The notes under the pieces are model-generated. The model saw only the letters and a list, made by a program, of their open reading frames with translations. It was not told where the DNA came from and made no database searches. A DNA stretch of 63,447 nucleotides, filler included, from Aduncisulcus paluster (Eukaryota), in NCBI GenBank assembly GCA_024181965.1. It is 41 parts of 41 records of this genome, joined end to end, with 100 filler letters (N's around TTAATTAATTAA, not from the genome) between each part and the next. Parts side by side here need not be neighbours in the genome. Positions count along the whole stretch, not along the records: positions 22,327 to 23,536 come from BQXS01001122.1; positions 23,637 to 28,753 come from BQXS01001126.1; positions 28,854 to 30,131 come from BQXS01001169.1; positions 30,232 to 31,268 come from BQXS01001170.1; positions 31,369 to 32,549 come from BQXS01001178.1; positions 32,650 to 33,978 come from BQXS01001184.1; 35 more parts are not named here. One strand, 5' to 3'. Position 1 is the first letter of the stretch; every line of letters begins with the position of its first letter. The position numbers and the translations under genes are program-made. Below, piece by piece: positions 23,314 to 34,078 of the stretch.

Positions 23314-23536
23314 TTATTCATCCATGACAAAGACCTCTGTAAGAGCTTTTCGGTGCTTAGTGCCTTCAACAGGACTGTCAGGGAGTTTAATCCCCGTTTT
23401 TTTCCCTTCTTTAATCCCAAATGGGATTAATGCAATTGGAGAAAGATCACCAATCGAAAATGTGGAGGTGATAGCATCATTGAAAATTCCAATCCAACAT
23501 GAACCAAGCCCATACTCTTCACCAACCAATTGGGCA
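23314..23536 (-). CDS. Nitroreductase family protein, C-terminal fragment
   Basis: EEYGLGSCWIGIF, PIALIPFG and RKALTEV motifs. Confidence 0.75.
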
Positions 23537-23663
23537 NNNNNNNNNNNNNNNNNNNNNNNNNNNNNNNNNNNNNNNNNNNNTTAATTAATTAANNNNNNNN
23601 NNNNNNNNNNNNNNNNNNNNNNNNNNNNNNNNNNNNGAGTCTGAAGACCTCAAGGTAGAACCA

Positions 23664-25412
23664 ATGTCTTTGATAAAACTTGAAAGGAAAGATTTACCTC
23701 AAGAATATATTAGGTCGAGACCAAAGTCAGTGCAACGGGTGCTCAAACATAAGACGAAAACCCCGATTATGGCTCACTCATTGAGTTCTGGTATTGGACC
23801 AAAAGATGCTCGTTTGAGAAAGATGAAAAGTCGATTGTTATCTCATTCAATTTCATCATTACCTTCTAAAAATAGATCACAAGTTTCTCATGATTCCTCT
23901 CCTGGATTCTCCCAAACCCTTCCTGTCCGTTGCCGCTCTTCTCTTGAATTAGATCATGTGTCCTCCGATTCAATCTCCAAGACCCAGAAACTCCCCAAAA
24001 GAGCGACTTCTTCCCTTGGATTTGTCAGAAATGACAAACAACATTTTCATGCAAAATCACATCAGGCTTCTTCCTCCTCTTCTTCTTCCTCTGAAAACCA
24101 TATCAAAGGCGAATATGCCCCTAGTATCATTTGTACTCTCAACTCTTCCGTCCTTCCCCCACTTTTCCCTTCTTCTACTCCTGAATTATTTGATTTTTGT
24201 GAGGGGATGTGTCTGCGAATCGGGGGAAGAAATATTGTTATCTGTGGTTCTTCGTGGAGTGTGAAAAGATGGTCTGCAAGAGTCATCAGTGAAATCCTTT
24301 GGCTGGGTGTTCGTGAAAAGATATTTAGTATTAAATCTATTTTTGGACCAGAACCTGTTTCTAAAAAAAGAACAGCGCCATCCCCAAAGACGTCAGTTCC
24401 ACTTTCATTTGCAGAACAACTTTCAATTGAGGAAAAGAAAAGAGAAAAGAGGAAGAAATTGCAATTAGCGAGAGAAAAACAAGAAAAAGAAGAGCGAAGA
24501 CTCAGATATAAGGAAGAGAAAGATAATCTCGCTCGTGCAAAACAAATGTTAAGAGATGAGAAGAATCTCACCATCTCTTCTCACGTTAAGGCCTTGCGAC
24601 AGAAAGAGAGAGACTTGGAGCAAGAAATTAAACTTTTGCTGAAAACAACCAAGGATGGGAAAGATGCCATTCAGAAACAAAAGTTTGATGAATATCGAAG
24701 AAAAGAGATTATCCAAGAATTGGAAAGGAAGAAATCGCGGAGATCAATAGGGGGAACGGATGAAGAATTGCTTCAAAAAGAACAAATGGAGGAAAAGAAA
24801 AGAGAAAAGAGGAAGAAATTGCAATTAGCGAGAGAAAAACAAGAAAAAGAAGAGCGAAGACTCAGATATAAGGAAGAGAAAGATAATCTCGCTCGTGCAA
24901 AACAAATGTTAAGAGATGAGAAGAATCTCACCATCTCTTCTCACGTTAAGGCCTTGCGACAGAAAGAGAGAGACTTGGAGCAAGAAATTAAACTTTTGCT
25001 GAAAACAACCAAGGATGGGAAAGATGCCATTCAGAAACAAAAGTTTGATGAATATCGAAGAAAAGAGATTATCCAAGAATTGGAAAGGAAGAAATCGCGG
25101 AGATCAATAGGGGGAACGGATGAAGAATTGCTTCAAAAAGAACAAATGGAGGAAAGGAAACGCCAGCATCAAATGCACGAAATGTTGAGAAGTCGAGACA
25201 AAGAACGTTTGCGACCCAAGGATGTTATCATAATGAATTCTACTCTTTCGCTGCCTGAAATGACTCTGGCAAGGGAACTTCTTGGGCATTGTGAAAATCA
25301 AGATCTCAGAGCCTGTGCTGAGTGTTTCTTGAAGATACGAAAGGATGTTCTTGAGAAGGAGTATATTAAAAGACTTGGCGAATTCAAAGTTAGAGAACTT
25401 GTTAGCAAGTAA
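23664..25412 (+). CDS. Hypothetical eukaryotic Ser-rich/coiled-coil protein with an internal 120-aa duplication
   Basis: Long ORF of low-complexity K/E/R composition; probably 5' truncated. Confidence 0.65.
   Translation: MSLIKLERKDLPQEYIRSRPKSVQRVLKHKTKTPIMAHSLSSGIGPKDARLRKMKSRLLSHSISSLPSKNRSQVSHDSSPGFSQTLPVRCRSSLELDHVSSDSISKTQKLPKRATSSLGFVRNDKQHFHAKSHQASSSSSSSSENHIKGEYAPSIICTLNSSVLPPLFPSSTPELFDFCEGMCLRIGGRNIVICGSSWSVKRWSARVISEILWLGVREKIFSIKSIFGPEPVSKKRTAPSPKTSVPLSFAEQLSIEEKKREKRKKLQLAREKQEKEERRLRYKEEKDNLARAKQMLRDEKNLTISSHVKALRQKERDLEQEIKLLLKTTKDGKDAIQKQKFDEYRRKEIIQELERKKSRRSIGGTDEELLQKEQMEEKKREKRKKLQLAREKQEKEERRLRYKEEKDNLARAKQMLRDEKNLTISSHVKALRQKERDLEQEIKLLLKTTKDGKDAIQKQKFDEYRRKEIIQELERKKSRRSIGGTDEELLQKEQMEERKRQHQMHEMLRSRDKERLRPKDVIIMNSTLSLPEMTLARELLGHCENQDLRACAECFLKIRKDVLEKEYIKRLGEFKVRELVSK
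24429..25155 (+). repeat. Exact 360-bp tandem duplication
   Basis: 24429-24788 and 24789-25148 are identical by eye; GAGGAAA occurs at all three boundaries. Confidence 0.95.
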
Positions 25413-25934
25413 GTGTTATTTTTTCACGGATGATCTATTTTTAGATCTTCTGAGTATCTATATATGCGTTGATATTAAATCCTATTCATTTTATAACTTT
25501 CGGTTTGTTTTTGGATAAAATGTAGATCTATAATATATATTTAACAATTAGATTTTGTTTTCTTGGATAATCCATAATAATTGTTAGAATCTATCGTTTT
25601 TTTTTATTATTATTTTGATAAAGAATGTTTATTTTACTGTTTTTATTTTCTGAATTGAATTCATTTTTCTTATTAGATTATATTATTCTGTCGTAATTTG
25701 CAGATTTTTAGTTTCAAGTCAATGATAAATGTCTTACGAATTGCCAATTACATTTAATAATTTCATTATTGATATATTCTTCATCTCAGATTGGGATAAT
25801 GACAGGATTGCAATTCTCAGATTAAATCAATAAATTTGAACTCTCAAAAATGCAAGATTGAAGAGGAAATAGTGCCGAAATAAACCTATAAAAATCTCTA
25901 TCAAAACATTGAATGAAACATGAATTAAGGGATA

Positions 25935-26873
25935 TTATAGTATTTCACAGCAACACTGGTGACCATCAGGAATTTCCTTTATATTTTCTTCTTTAAATAA
26001 ACACGGGTCTGGGTGAAGGGTATGAGATTCCATAAGAGTACATTGAGCCATATCATCATATTCTTCTTGCTTAGAAGGTAGAATTCTTTGAAAGCTTTTC
26101 TCTGCAATTCTTGTAGTTTTTTCTTTAGATTGTAATGAAGTTTCAGAGACAGGGATCTGATGGTCAGGATCAGCCAAGAAATCAACAACTTGGGGTTTGT
26201 CGGAATGGGGAGATACTATTTTCGTCACATTTTCATTATTAACAGGAGAAATACCTCTTTTAACAGGAGAAATAGCATAGGAATGGAGGCTTGTCGATTC
26301 TCTTCTATGATTAAGTGAAATACCCTGGCCAAGTTTCAATGAAATTTGTAAATATGATTCGGGAGGAGTGTCTCGAACTCTTTTCTTGAGGAATGAATCA
26401 AACGATGTTGAGTTTCGGCTCAATGTCTTGTGATCAAATCTATAAAGAAACCGAATATATTTAATGGCTTTATCAAAAGCACGAGCACCCAATGTAATAA
26501 AATCTGTTTGAAACTTCCTGAAATTATAATGATGATAGGAAACTGGTTTTGTTTCGATTCTTAGAGGTGGCATAGGAGAAGGAAACTCTCTCGACCAACA
26601 ATGTCTACATAAATAAAATTTATCAACTTTATCAAAATGATGATCAAAAATGCAATCAAATTTACGACGACTAGAAAGAACGTGACCTGAAAGACCTTGT
26701 TTGGAAGAAAAACTTGAAAAGGTTTCCTTGGCATTTTTCCAATCCGTCTTTTCAAATACAGAAGTCATGGGAACACGTTTTCGAGCAGGTGACATATCCA
26801 GGGCCTCACAATTATCAAGAATATCATCAAAATCACCAGCGAGTAACATAGTATTCAAAACAACCAAATCCAA
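25935..26873 (-). CDS. Hypothetical eukaryotic protein ending in a CaaX box (CCCEIL)
   Basis: 312-aa ORF with AT-rich flanks; true start unclear, may have an upstream exon. Confidence 0.55.
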   Translation of the reverse strand: MDLVVLNTMLLAGDFDDILDNCEALDMSPARKRVPMTSVFEKTDWKNAKETFSSFSSKQGLSGHVLSSRRKFDCIFDHHFDKVDKFYLCRHCWSREFPSPMPPLRIETKPVSYHHYNFRKFQTDFITLGARAFDKAIKYIRFLYRFDHKTLSRNSTSFDSFLKKRVRDTPPESYLQISLKLGQGISLNHRRESTSLHSYAISPVKRGISPVNNENVTKIVSPHSDKPQVVDFLADPDHQIPVSETSLQSKEKTTRIAEKSFQRILPSKQEEYDDMAQCTLMESHTLHPDPCLFKEENIKEIPDGHQCCCEIL

Positions 26874-27154
26874 AAAAAATTATATACTAATGGCAATATA
26901 AAATAAATTTGATAAGTTAAATATTGTATTTTTGTACCAAAAGGTCATAGGATTGAAACTCGTTATAATAAACAGAATAATCCCGGCAATATTTCTCGTT
27001 TCTATAATGTTTTATACAAACAAAATAAAATTTTCCGAAATACATTTTATATTTCCTTAAACTAAGTGCCCACAACTTCATTACAAAAAGAATTTTATTT
27101 TAAGTTTAAATATTGAATATGAAATAATATTATATTGTTGTATTATAATCTTGA

Positions 27155-28753
27155 TCAATCTTCTCTTGATTCAACAAGTGTTGCCAAAAACTTTTCGATT
27201 TCGACAAGTTTACCAAAAATAGGAGTATATTCCAGTCCATCGACACTCTGTTTCAAGTCAACCTTAACCTTTTCGACCTCCTTCTTTGTATTATCCGAGA
27301 GATTTTGTTCATCTTGTTTCTTTTTCTCTTCCATCATCTTCTTAATCTTACGTTTTTCCTTAAGTTCCTTAATATGAGCCAGAACAGAAGCTCGTTTATC
27401 TCCCATTTTCTTGAGCATCATTTGTTGTCTTTGAACTTCTGTGGTAAGTGTAGAATCAAGTTTCTTCATGACTTCTCGATGCTGAGTCATAAGATTCTCT
27501 TGCTGCTCTTCATTCTTGTTAAGCATATCCTTGTCTTGTTGCTGGAGTTCAAACAGGTGCTGCTGTTGTTCTTTGAAGGCTGCGACACTGTCTTCCATCT
27601 TCTTTCTTGCTTCTTCTTGCTGTTGTTTCAACTTAAGCTTGTAATCTTCAAGTTCTTTCTCCATCTTTTTCCTCTCGGCTATCTCAAGAGCTTCCCTATC
27701 TTTTTTCAGGGACTCCAACTTAACCCGGTTACGCTCGGTAATTCTTTGTCTGAAGGACTCAATGTCATTTTCGGCATCTACAAGCTGTTGATGGATGCTT
27801 CCACTCCATTCAGGGAAGATTTTACGAAGTTCTTCCTTAAACTCAAGCATCTGACGTTGTCTGAGATGGAAACGATCTTTTACAAACTGATGTTCAAGCT
27901 CAGCTTTCTTGGATTTGACTTCATCTTCAATCTTCTTCTTCCATTTGGTTGTCGATTCACTGAATTCTTTTCTTTGTTGTTCCTTAAGAGTTTTCAAACG
28001 TTTTTCAAGAGGAAGCTCTTCTCCTTTCCTCTCCATTTCTTCCTTGATAGAAATTTTATGCTCATCTTCCAGTAAATCTAAATCTTCATCCATTTCTGCC
28101 ATCAAATGATCACTCAAATCATCAATGACTAGCTTACGTTCTTTTCTCTGAACGTCAAGGAAATCTGCAGTTTGTTTGAGGTGTTTTGACTGAAGTCTGA
28201 ACTCAAACACTCCGGCCATGCCTTCGCTTTGCTCTTTTAAGAGTTTAGCGACTGCCGCGGCTTCAATGGCTTCCTGATACTCTTTCTCTCTCTCTTCCTT
28301 CCTCTTAGCCAATTCTTTTAACCGTTCTTGCTTGCGACGTTCAATTTCTCTCTTTCTCCTCCTCTGCTCCCTTTCTTTCTTGCGTTTCATCAACATAGCA
28401 AGCTTCTTCTTTTGTTGCTCTTGTTCTTCATTCATGAAATTATCCATCCTTGTCTTTTCAGCTTCATATTCACGAGTGATACGTTCCTTTTCACCATCTG
28501 TCTCAGCATTTCGAAGAGCAGCAATGCGTTTCTCATCAATTTGTTTAAGAGCATACTGTCGTTGTAATTCAGCGGCCTCTTCCAACTTCTTCTGCCTCTC
28601 CTCCTCCTCTTCTTGCAACTTTCTTTGGACTTCCTCTTCAGCTCTCTTCTCCTCTTCCTCTTCCTCTTTAATGATTTCCTGATGCTGCTCTTCATCCTGT
28701 CTTCTTATTGGAATAGCGGCTTCTTCAGGCTCTTCGCCGTCTGCAAGAACGGG
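27155..28753 (-). CDS. Long coiled-coil protein, C-terminal part (eukaryotic)
   Basis: More than 487 aa, rich in E/K/Q/R. Confidence 0.7.
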   Translation of the reverse strand, partial: PVLADGEEPEEAAIPIRRQDEEQHQEIIKEEEEEEKRAEEEVQRKLQEEEEERQKKLEEAAELQRQYALKQIDEKRIAALRNAETDGEKERITREYEAEKTRMDNFMNEEQEQQKKKLAMLMKRKKEREQRRRKREIERRKQERLKELAKRKEEREKEYQEAIEAAAVAKLLKEQSEGMAGVFEFRLQSKHLKQTADFLDVQRKERKLVIDDLSDHLMAEMDEDLDLLEDEHKISIKEEMERKGEELPLEKRLKTLKEQQRKEFSESTTKWKKKIEDEVKSKKAELEHQFVKDRFHLRQRQMLEFKEELRKIFPEWSGSIHQQLVDAENDIESFRQRITERNRVKLESLKKDREALEIAERKKMEKELEDYKLKLKQQQEEARKKMEDSVAAFKEQQQHLFELQQQDKDMLNKNEEQQENLMTQHREVMKKLDSTLTTEVQRQQMMLKKMGDKRASVLAHIKELKEKRKIKKMMEEKKKQDEQNLSDNTKKEVEKVKVDLKQSVDGLEYTPIFGKLVEIEKFLATLVESRED

Positions 28754-29272
28754 NNNNNNNNNNNNNNNNNNNNNNNNNNNNNNNNNNNNNNNNNNNNTTA
28801 ATTAATTAANNNNNNNNNNNNNNNNNNNNNNNNNNNNNNNNNNNNNNNNNNNNCCGTAAGCGATAGTAACATTCTTGCATAGTACACCTATGGATCATCT
28901 TTGGAAAACATTTTCGAGACCATGAAATGTAAAAGAAAGAAAAAATATTTGTTATATTACAACCACTGTTGTATATCTTGAGCGTCAGCTCGGCAATTTG
29001 TACTATACTGTACTCACAAACATCATTTATAAGCACCATTTTTACTCCTTTTTGGAGTCATATGGAACACTATCATAACATTAGACATCCATAAAGAGCG
29101 ATATAATACGAGAACTTTCCAACAATAGTCTCCAAAATGATCGGTAAAACATCATAAAACATGCATAATATGGAAAGAAGATACGTTATGTAAGGCACAG
29201 AATGTCCAAAAGATGTGTAATACAATATAAGATACAATTAACTGAAACATAACATGAACATAAAAAAACAAA

Positions 29273-29345
29273 AAGCTTACAGTACCTTACTTTCCCGAGT
29301 CGTCACCGACCTCAGTACTGATAAGGCCCGCGCTTGCTTAACTTG
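29273..29345 (-). pseudogene. 5S rRNA 3' two-thirds (5' truncated copy)
   Basis: Reverse complement reads AAGTTAAGCAAGCGCGGGCCTTATCAGTACTGAGGTCGGTGACGACTCGGGAAAGTAAGGTACTGTAAGC then TTTT; no matching 5' strands upstream. Confidence 0.8.
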
Positions 29346-29621
29346 TCGATTAGAATAGTCCAGAAATATATTATAAAAAAAAAAAAAAAAAAAAAAAAAG
29401 AGACTATGTCATCGGAATCGACTTGTTGTATTTTAATCATGTTTCATGTGATATCACAAATTGCTCTATTATTATTAAAATGTTATGAATAGAGAGTTCA
29501 GGGGAACTGTCCTATAATAATAATAATGGGATAAATCGATTTGCCTTTTTCAAAAATGGAATAATTTGTGATATTCAATTCCAAGATATAATATCGTCGA
29601 AGAAACCAATTTTCATTTCAC

Positions 29622-30131
29622 TCAAATTGCTTTGTTATGTGTTTTACCCAGAGATTTAATAACATCATCAGTGCTAGAGAATACACAACCTTCCCCAATC
29701 TTCGGTAAATAGCATTTAATTGATTGGACCTTCTGACGAGCTTCCTTCACACTCATGCGCTTGTCAAGATCCAGCACAGTTAGTCCTACAAACACTTCAT
29801 TCAGACAGGAATATACGGGAATATATTTGCCACCTTCAATTGTCTGAAGGGACTTGAAAAGTCTGGATTTAGTGAGTTGAGGTGTATTCTTCGACACCAA
29901 TGAGACAAGTTTTCTAAGGAAAATAAGGGAATCTGCAATTCCTCGTAAAATAGATTCTTTCACGAAAGGATATCCACCTTGGAATAATGTTAAAATTGAC
30001 ATTCCTAATGAATATCCATCACTAACCTGGGAATAAATACCCTCAGTCAAAGTCTCAAGGGAATTGAAAACAAAATTACGACAAATAAATGGAATTTCCT
30101 CTTCTTTTGATTTCTTATCCTCCTCTTTTGG
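29622..30131 (-). CDS. Divergent protein kinase, C-lobe fragment
   Basis: YSQVSDGYSLGMSIL...YPF resembles subdomain IX and KRMSVKEA resembles subdomain XI. Confidence 0.65.
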   Translation of the reverse strand, partial: PKEEDKKSKEEEIPFICRNFVFNSLETLTEGIYSQVSDGYSLGMSILTLFQGGYPFVKESILRGIADSLIFLRKLVSLVSKNTPQLTKSRLFKSLQTIEGGKYIPVYSCLNEVFVGLTVLDLDKRMSVKEARQKVQSIKCYLPKIGEGCVFSSTDDVIKSLGKTHNKAI

Positions 30132-30825
30132 NNNNNNNNNNNNNNNNNNNNNNNNNNNNNNNNNNNNNNNNNNNNTTAATTAATTAANNNNNNNNNNNNN
30201 NNNNNNNNNNNNNNNNNNNNNNNNNNNNNNNTTCTCCGTTTCACTTTGTGTTGGGTTTGGATTTTTCACACAACAACACATTGGTGATTTGGGTGTCATT
30301 CGAATGAATCCGATAAAATAATTTGCGAGATATATATTAATTAGTTGTCTGAAACACATGTAACACTGTTGTTTTGTTTCAGAAATGAATACAATGACCT
30401 TTTCCATTTCCATTTCCATCATCATTAATCTCCATCATTATCCTCTCTCTGAGATGCGATGAGACTCATCTCTATAGAAATATCAGAAAGCTCTTTTGTG
30501 CATATTAATCCTTTTTATTTGAGAGATCGATCATTCAGACGATTCTTTTCCAAACACCCAGAGAGTCTCTGATTCTTCAAGAATGGACTTAGAAGTTCCG
30601 AGTATCGATGAAAAAGAAGGTCTACAAAAAAAAGATACATCGAACAATCCAATTAATCACGATAATTATGAAATCATTTCGATAATTGCTTTTATAAGAT
30701 TTATTTTGCCAAATTTCACTCAAAATGGGGGAAAAAAATAAAAATAAAATCAAAAATTATAAACAGTTCATAATGAACAAGAAATTCACACAGAAGACGT
30801 GAGCTGAATGACATTGCAAACAAAA

Positions 30826-31268
30826 CTATTTGAACATTCCCTTCAAACCAACACGAATGGCAAATCTTACCATCATATCAACTTCACTGACACTTTTAGC
30901 ACTCGAAACAACATCTCCAATGCAGATCTTGAGTTGTTGGAGGTTACTTTTGAGGGAATAGTACCCATAATCGTGTGGGAATCTTGGAGCTTCTTCCTGA
31001 GGCATCAAACTCGGTTCAGGACCCAATTTCTCCAATATAGAATCGTTACTCGAGGATGATTCTTCCTCGATCTCCTCCTGACTCTCACCCTCCGACCTAT
31101 CCTCGAGCTTCAAAGCCTTTTCCTCTTCACGAAGTTTTTCAAGCCTTTCTTTCTCAGCTCTCCAAGCTTTCCGAGCCTTTATCCACTGTTTTCTGATGTG
31201 TTGATGAGACAATTCGACTGAACGCTTCACAATGAGATCGTCCTCATCGATCAATTGCAATGCAACGT
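30826..31268 (-). CDS. Hypothetical eukaryotic protein, C-terminal fragment
   Basis: Open frame from the contig edge with charged composition. Confidence 0.5.
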
Positions 31269-31953
31269 NNNNNNNNNNNNNNNNNNNNNNNNNNNNNNNN
31301 NNNNNNNNNNNNTTAATTAATTAANNNNNNNNNNNNNNNNNNNNNNNNNNNNNNNNNNNNNNNNNNNNACCCGAAGTTGGAAGCAAAAGCTAAGAAAGAG
31401 TCGCGCAGGTGTCTTGAGCAGGAACGAGAACTTTCAGATCAGGATATTCAGTACTTGTTTAAGCTGTTGAGCAAATATTATCGTAGCTGGGATTAAGAGC
31501 TGGTGCGGGCGCGAATATTCAGTTTTGCCAGCTTGGAAAATATACACCGCGTTAATGCTTGGGTGCGAGATTGAGAGATTTTTTAGAGCCGCTACTCTCG
31601 AGCCTCCGGCCCCTTTGGGCCTATATTGGACAATGGTATAAGTCGTTTTTATTTAGTTTGAGAATAGATGCAGGGAGCAGTAGGATTTGTGGAAAGCAAA
31701 ACCAGACAGTTGGTAGAGTCTCACGAAGAGCTAAGTCAGTTATTCGTGAGACTCTTGATCAGATGAGGGATGTTCGGATGGTTAATCTATGACATGTGTG
31801 AATCCTTTTATAGGTTGTTGCATTGCGATTTTTGTTATATAGGTGCAGATTGATTATTCTAAATTTTTTTAGATAAATGAAAAGTGTGAAAGTAAGTGTT
31901 TTAAGTGGTAAGTTGTACTGGGGTGCGGCATCTTATTATAGGGGGGGGGAGTA

Positions 31954-32549
31954 GTGAAGAAGCATTATGCACAGAAAGGTAATGTTCAAAAAAAATCCAT
32001 AAGCTTAGGGAGTCTAGCTTTCTTGATCAAGAAGTTTATTTAGATTTGAGATATGAAAGTTCGTATAGAGATGTCCGTAGTATTGCCCCCAGAATTCCTA
32101 CAGAATATCGTGAAAGATACTTATATGAAAATGTTAAGCCAGCAGGTTGGGAAGAATTAAGAAATGGTGCAAGGCTTGTTCATGATTATTCATTGTCTGC
32201 ACAGGTTAAGTGGTATCTTTTTATTGTTGAGCTATATGCAGATACTGTAAATCGTTTTCTTGAATTACAAGAAAAATATGAGCATAAATTTCTTTTAGGT
32301 GACTATATATCAGCACGATTTGTATTAGATGAGATAGACGATCAATGTGGTGTGAGTCTCTGGAGTTTAGAGAACAGATTTGTGTTAGAAGAATACGCGT
32401 ATGGGTATAATGCTAACGTTAAGCTTGCCAACTATATTAGCTGCTTAGATGTTAATGATGAACTTAAGATTTTGGCTGATTATTATAGTAAAAAAGCAGA
32501 AATGTCTTTGTCTTATACTAGGTATAGTGATTTTGTTGATAATTTAAAA
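31954..32549 (+). CDS. Hypothetical bacterial protein, 5' part; apparent frameshift in the A8 run at 31988-31995
   Basis: GTG after a G-rich RBS; one extra A joins it to the 32046 frame. Confidence 0.5.
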
Positions 32550-32823
32550 NNNNNNNNNNNNNNNNNNNNNNNNNNNNNNNNNNNNNNNNNNNNTTAATTA
32601 ATTAANNNNNNNNNNNNNNNNNNNNNNNNNNNNNNNNNNNNNNNNNNNNAGTCAATCAAGCACGATTTATTTTAATAATTATCATCTATTTCACACAAGT
32701 ATGCTGATTACATGACATTTGTCATGTTTTGAGAATCTTGATTTTCCTCACCGAAAACCTTTCCGAAGGATCTTCAACCAACACAATATCAGCACTCAAC
32801 GAAATTACTTCGGAAATATATGC

Positions 32824-32831
32824 TATATTTG
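32824..32831 (+). promoter_or_regulatory. Bacteroidota -7 promoter element
   Basis: TATATTTG fits TAnnTTTG, upstream of a small ORF and proB. Confidence 0.4.
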
Positions 32832-33142
32832 AAACAAGTTAAGGGGGAAATTAACGAAACAAACCTTATACAATGAAAAGAAAGTATAAATTCATTAGCA
32901 AAACTAAAGATTACTCGATATGCCGCTTTATCGAGATAATGTTAGGTACTTTCACTTCTAATCCCTATTTACTTATCACACTTCATCCCGTTAGGGTATC
33001 TTAATTATTGTACAACTTAAAGTTGTGCTAAAGAACTCAGGGTCTTTATCTCTATAAAAGAGCAACTAACAAATTATTAGTAATTAAATTTCAGGTGAAT
33101 CATCAGGATTTATCCTAAAATTCCTATACCCAAATAAATCAG

Positions 33143-33978
33143 ATGAAGAAAATTTGTATTAAAATAGGTTCCAATGTATTAACAACAGAAACAGGCGAAC
33201 TACACAAAAAAAGAATCAAGAATATCGTCTATCAAATTTCAGAGCTTCGAAAGAAAAATGTTCAATGTATTTTAGTGTCTTCTGGCGCTGTTGCTGCAGG
33301 TAGAAGTAAAGTTAAATTATCCGATAAGATGGACACAATATCTGCCAGACAAATCTGGTCTTCCGTTGGACAGGTAGAATTACTGAATGTTTATTCTTCA
33401 TTTTTGAAGGAATACAACATTGAATGTGCTCAGGTTTTAGTAACGAAAGAAGATTTTCGTACCAGAGAACACTACTTGAACATGAAAAACTGTATTGACT
33501 CTCTATTACAAAACGGCATTTTGCCAATTATCAATGAAAATGACGCAGTGTCGGTAACTGCACTAATGTTCACAGATAATGATGAACTATCAGGTCTTAT
33601 TGCATCCATGATGAACGCTGAAGCTTTATACTTACTCAGCAATATCAATGGAATCTACACAGGAAATCCTGATGATGCTAATTCTACTTTGCTTAGTACC
33701 GTAAACGGAAATATGAATAAATTAAAACAATACATTACCACTCAGAAATCAAACTTTGGTAGAGGAGGAATGCTTACTAAGTGCAGTATTGCTGGAAGAG
33801 TTGCAAAATCAGGTATTGGTGTCCATATTGCTAATGGTATGATTGACAATATTGTTCTTCAACTTATAAATTCACCTAATAGTGTAAAACACACCAAATT
33901 TACCGCAAGTAAAAAAGCTTCAACTGTAAAACAATGGCTGGCAGGTTCGGATGGCTTCGAGAAGGCTAAAATTACAAT
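33143..33978 (+). CDS. proB: Glutamate 5-kinase (3' truncated)
   Basis: KIGSNVL, VSSGAVAAG, PIINEND, FTDNDELS and GRGGMLTK motifs. Confidence 0.97.
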
Positions 33979-34078
33979 NNNNNNNNNNNNNNNNNNNNNN
34001 NNNNNNNNNNNNNNNNNNNNNNTTAATTAATTAANNNNNNNNNNNNNNNNNNNNNNNNNNNNNNNNNNNNNNNNNNNN

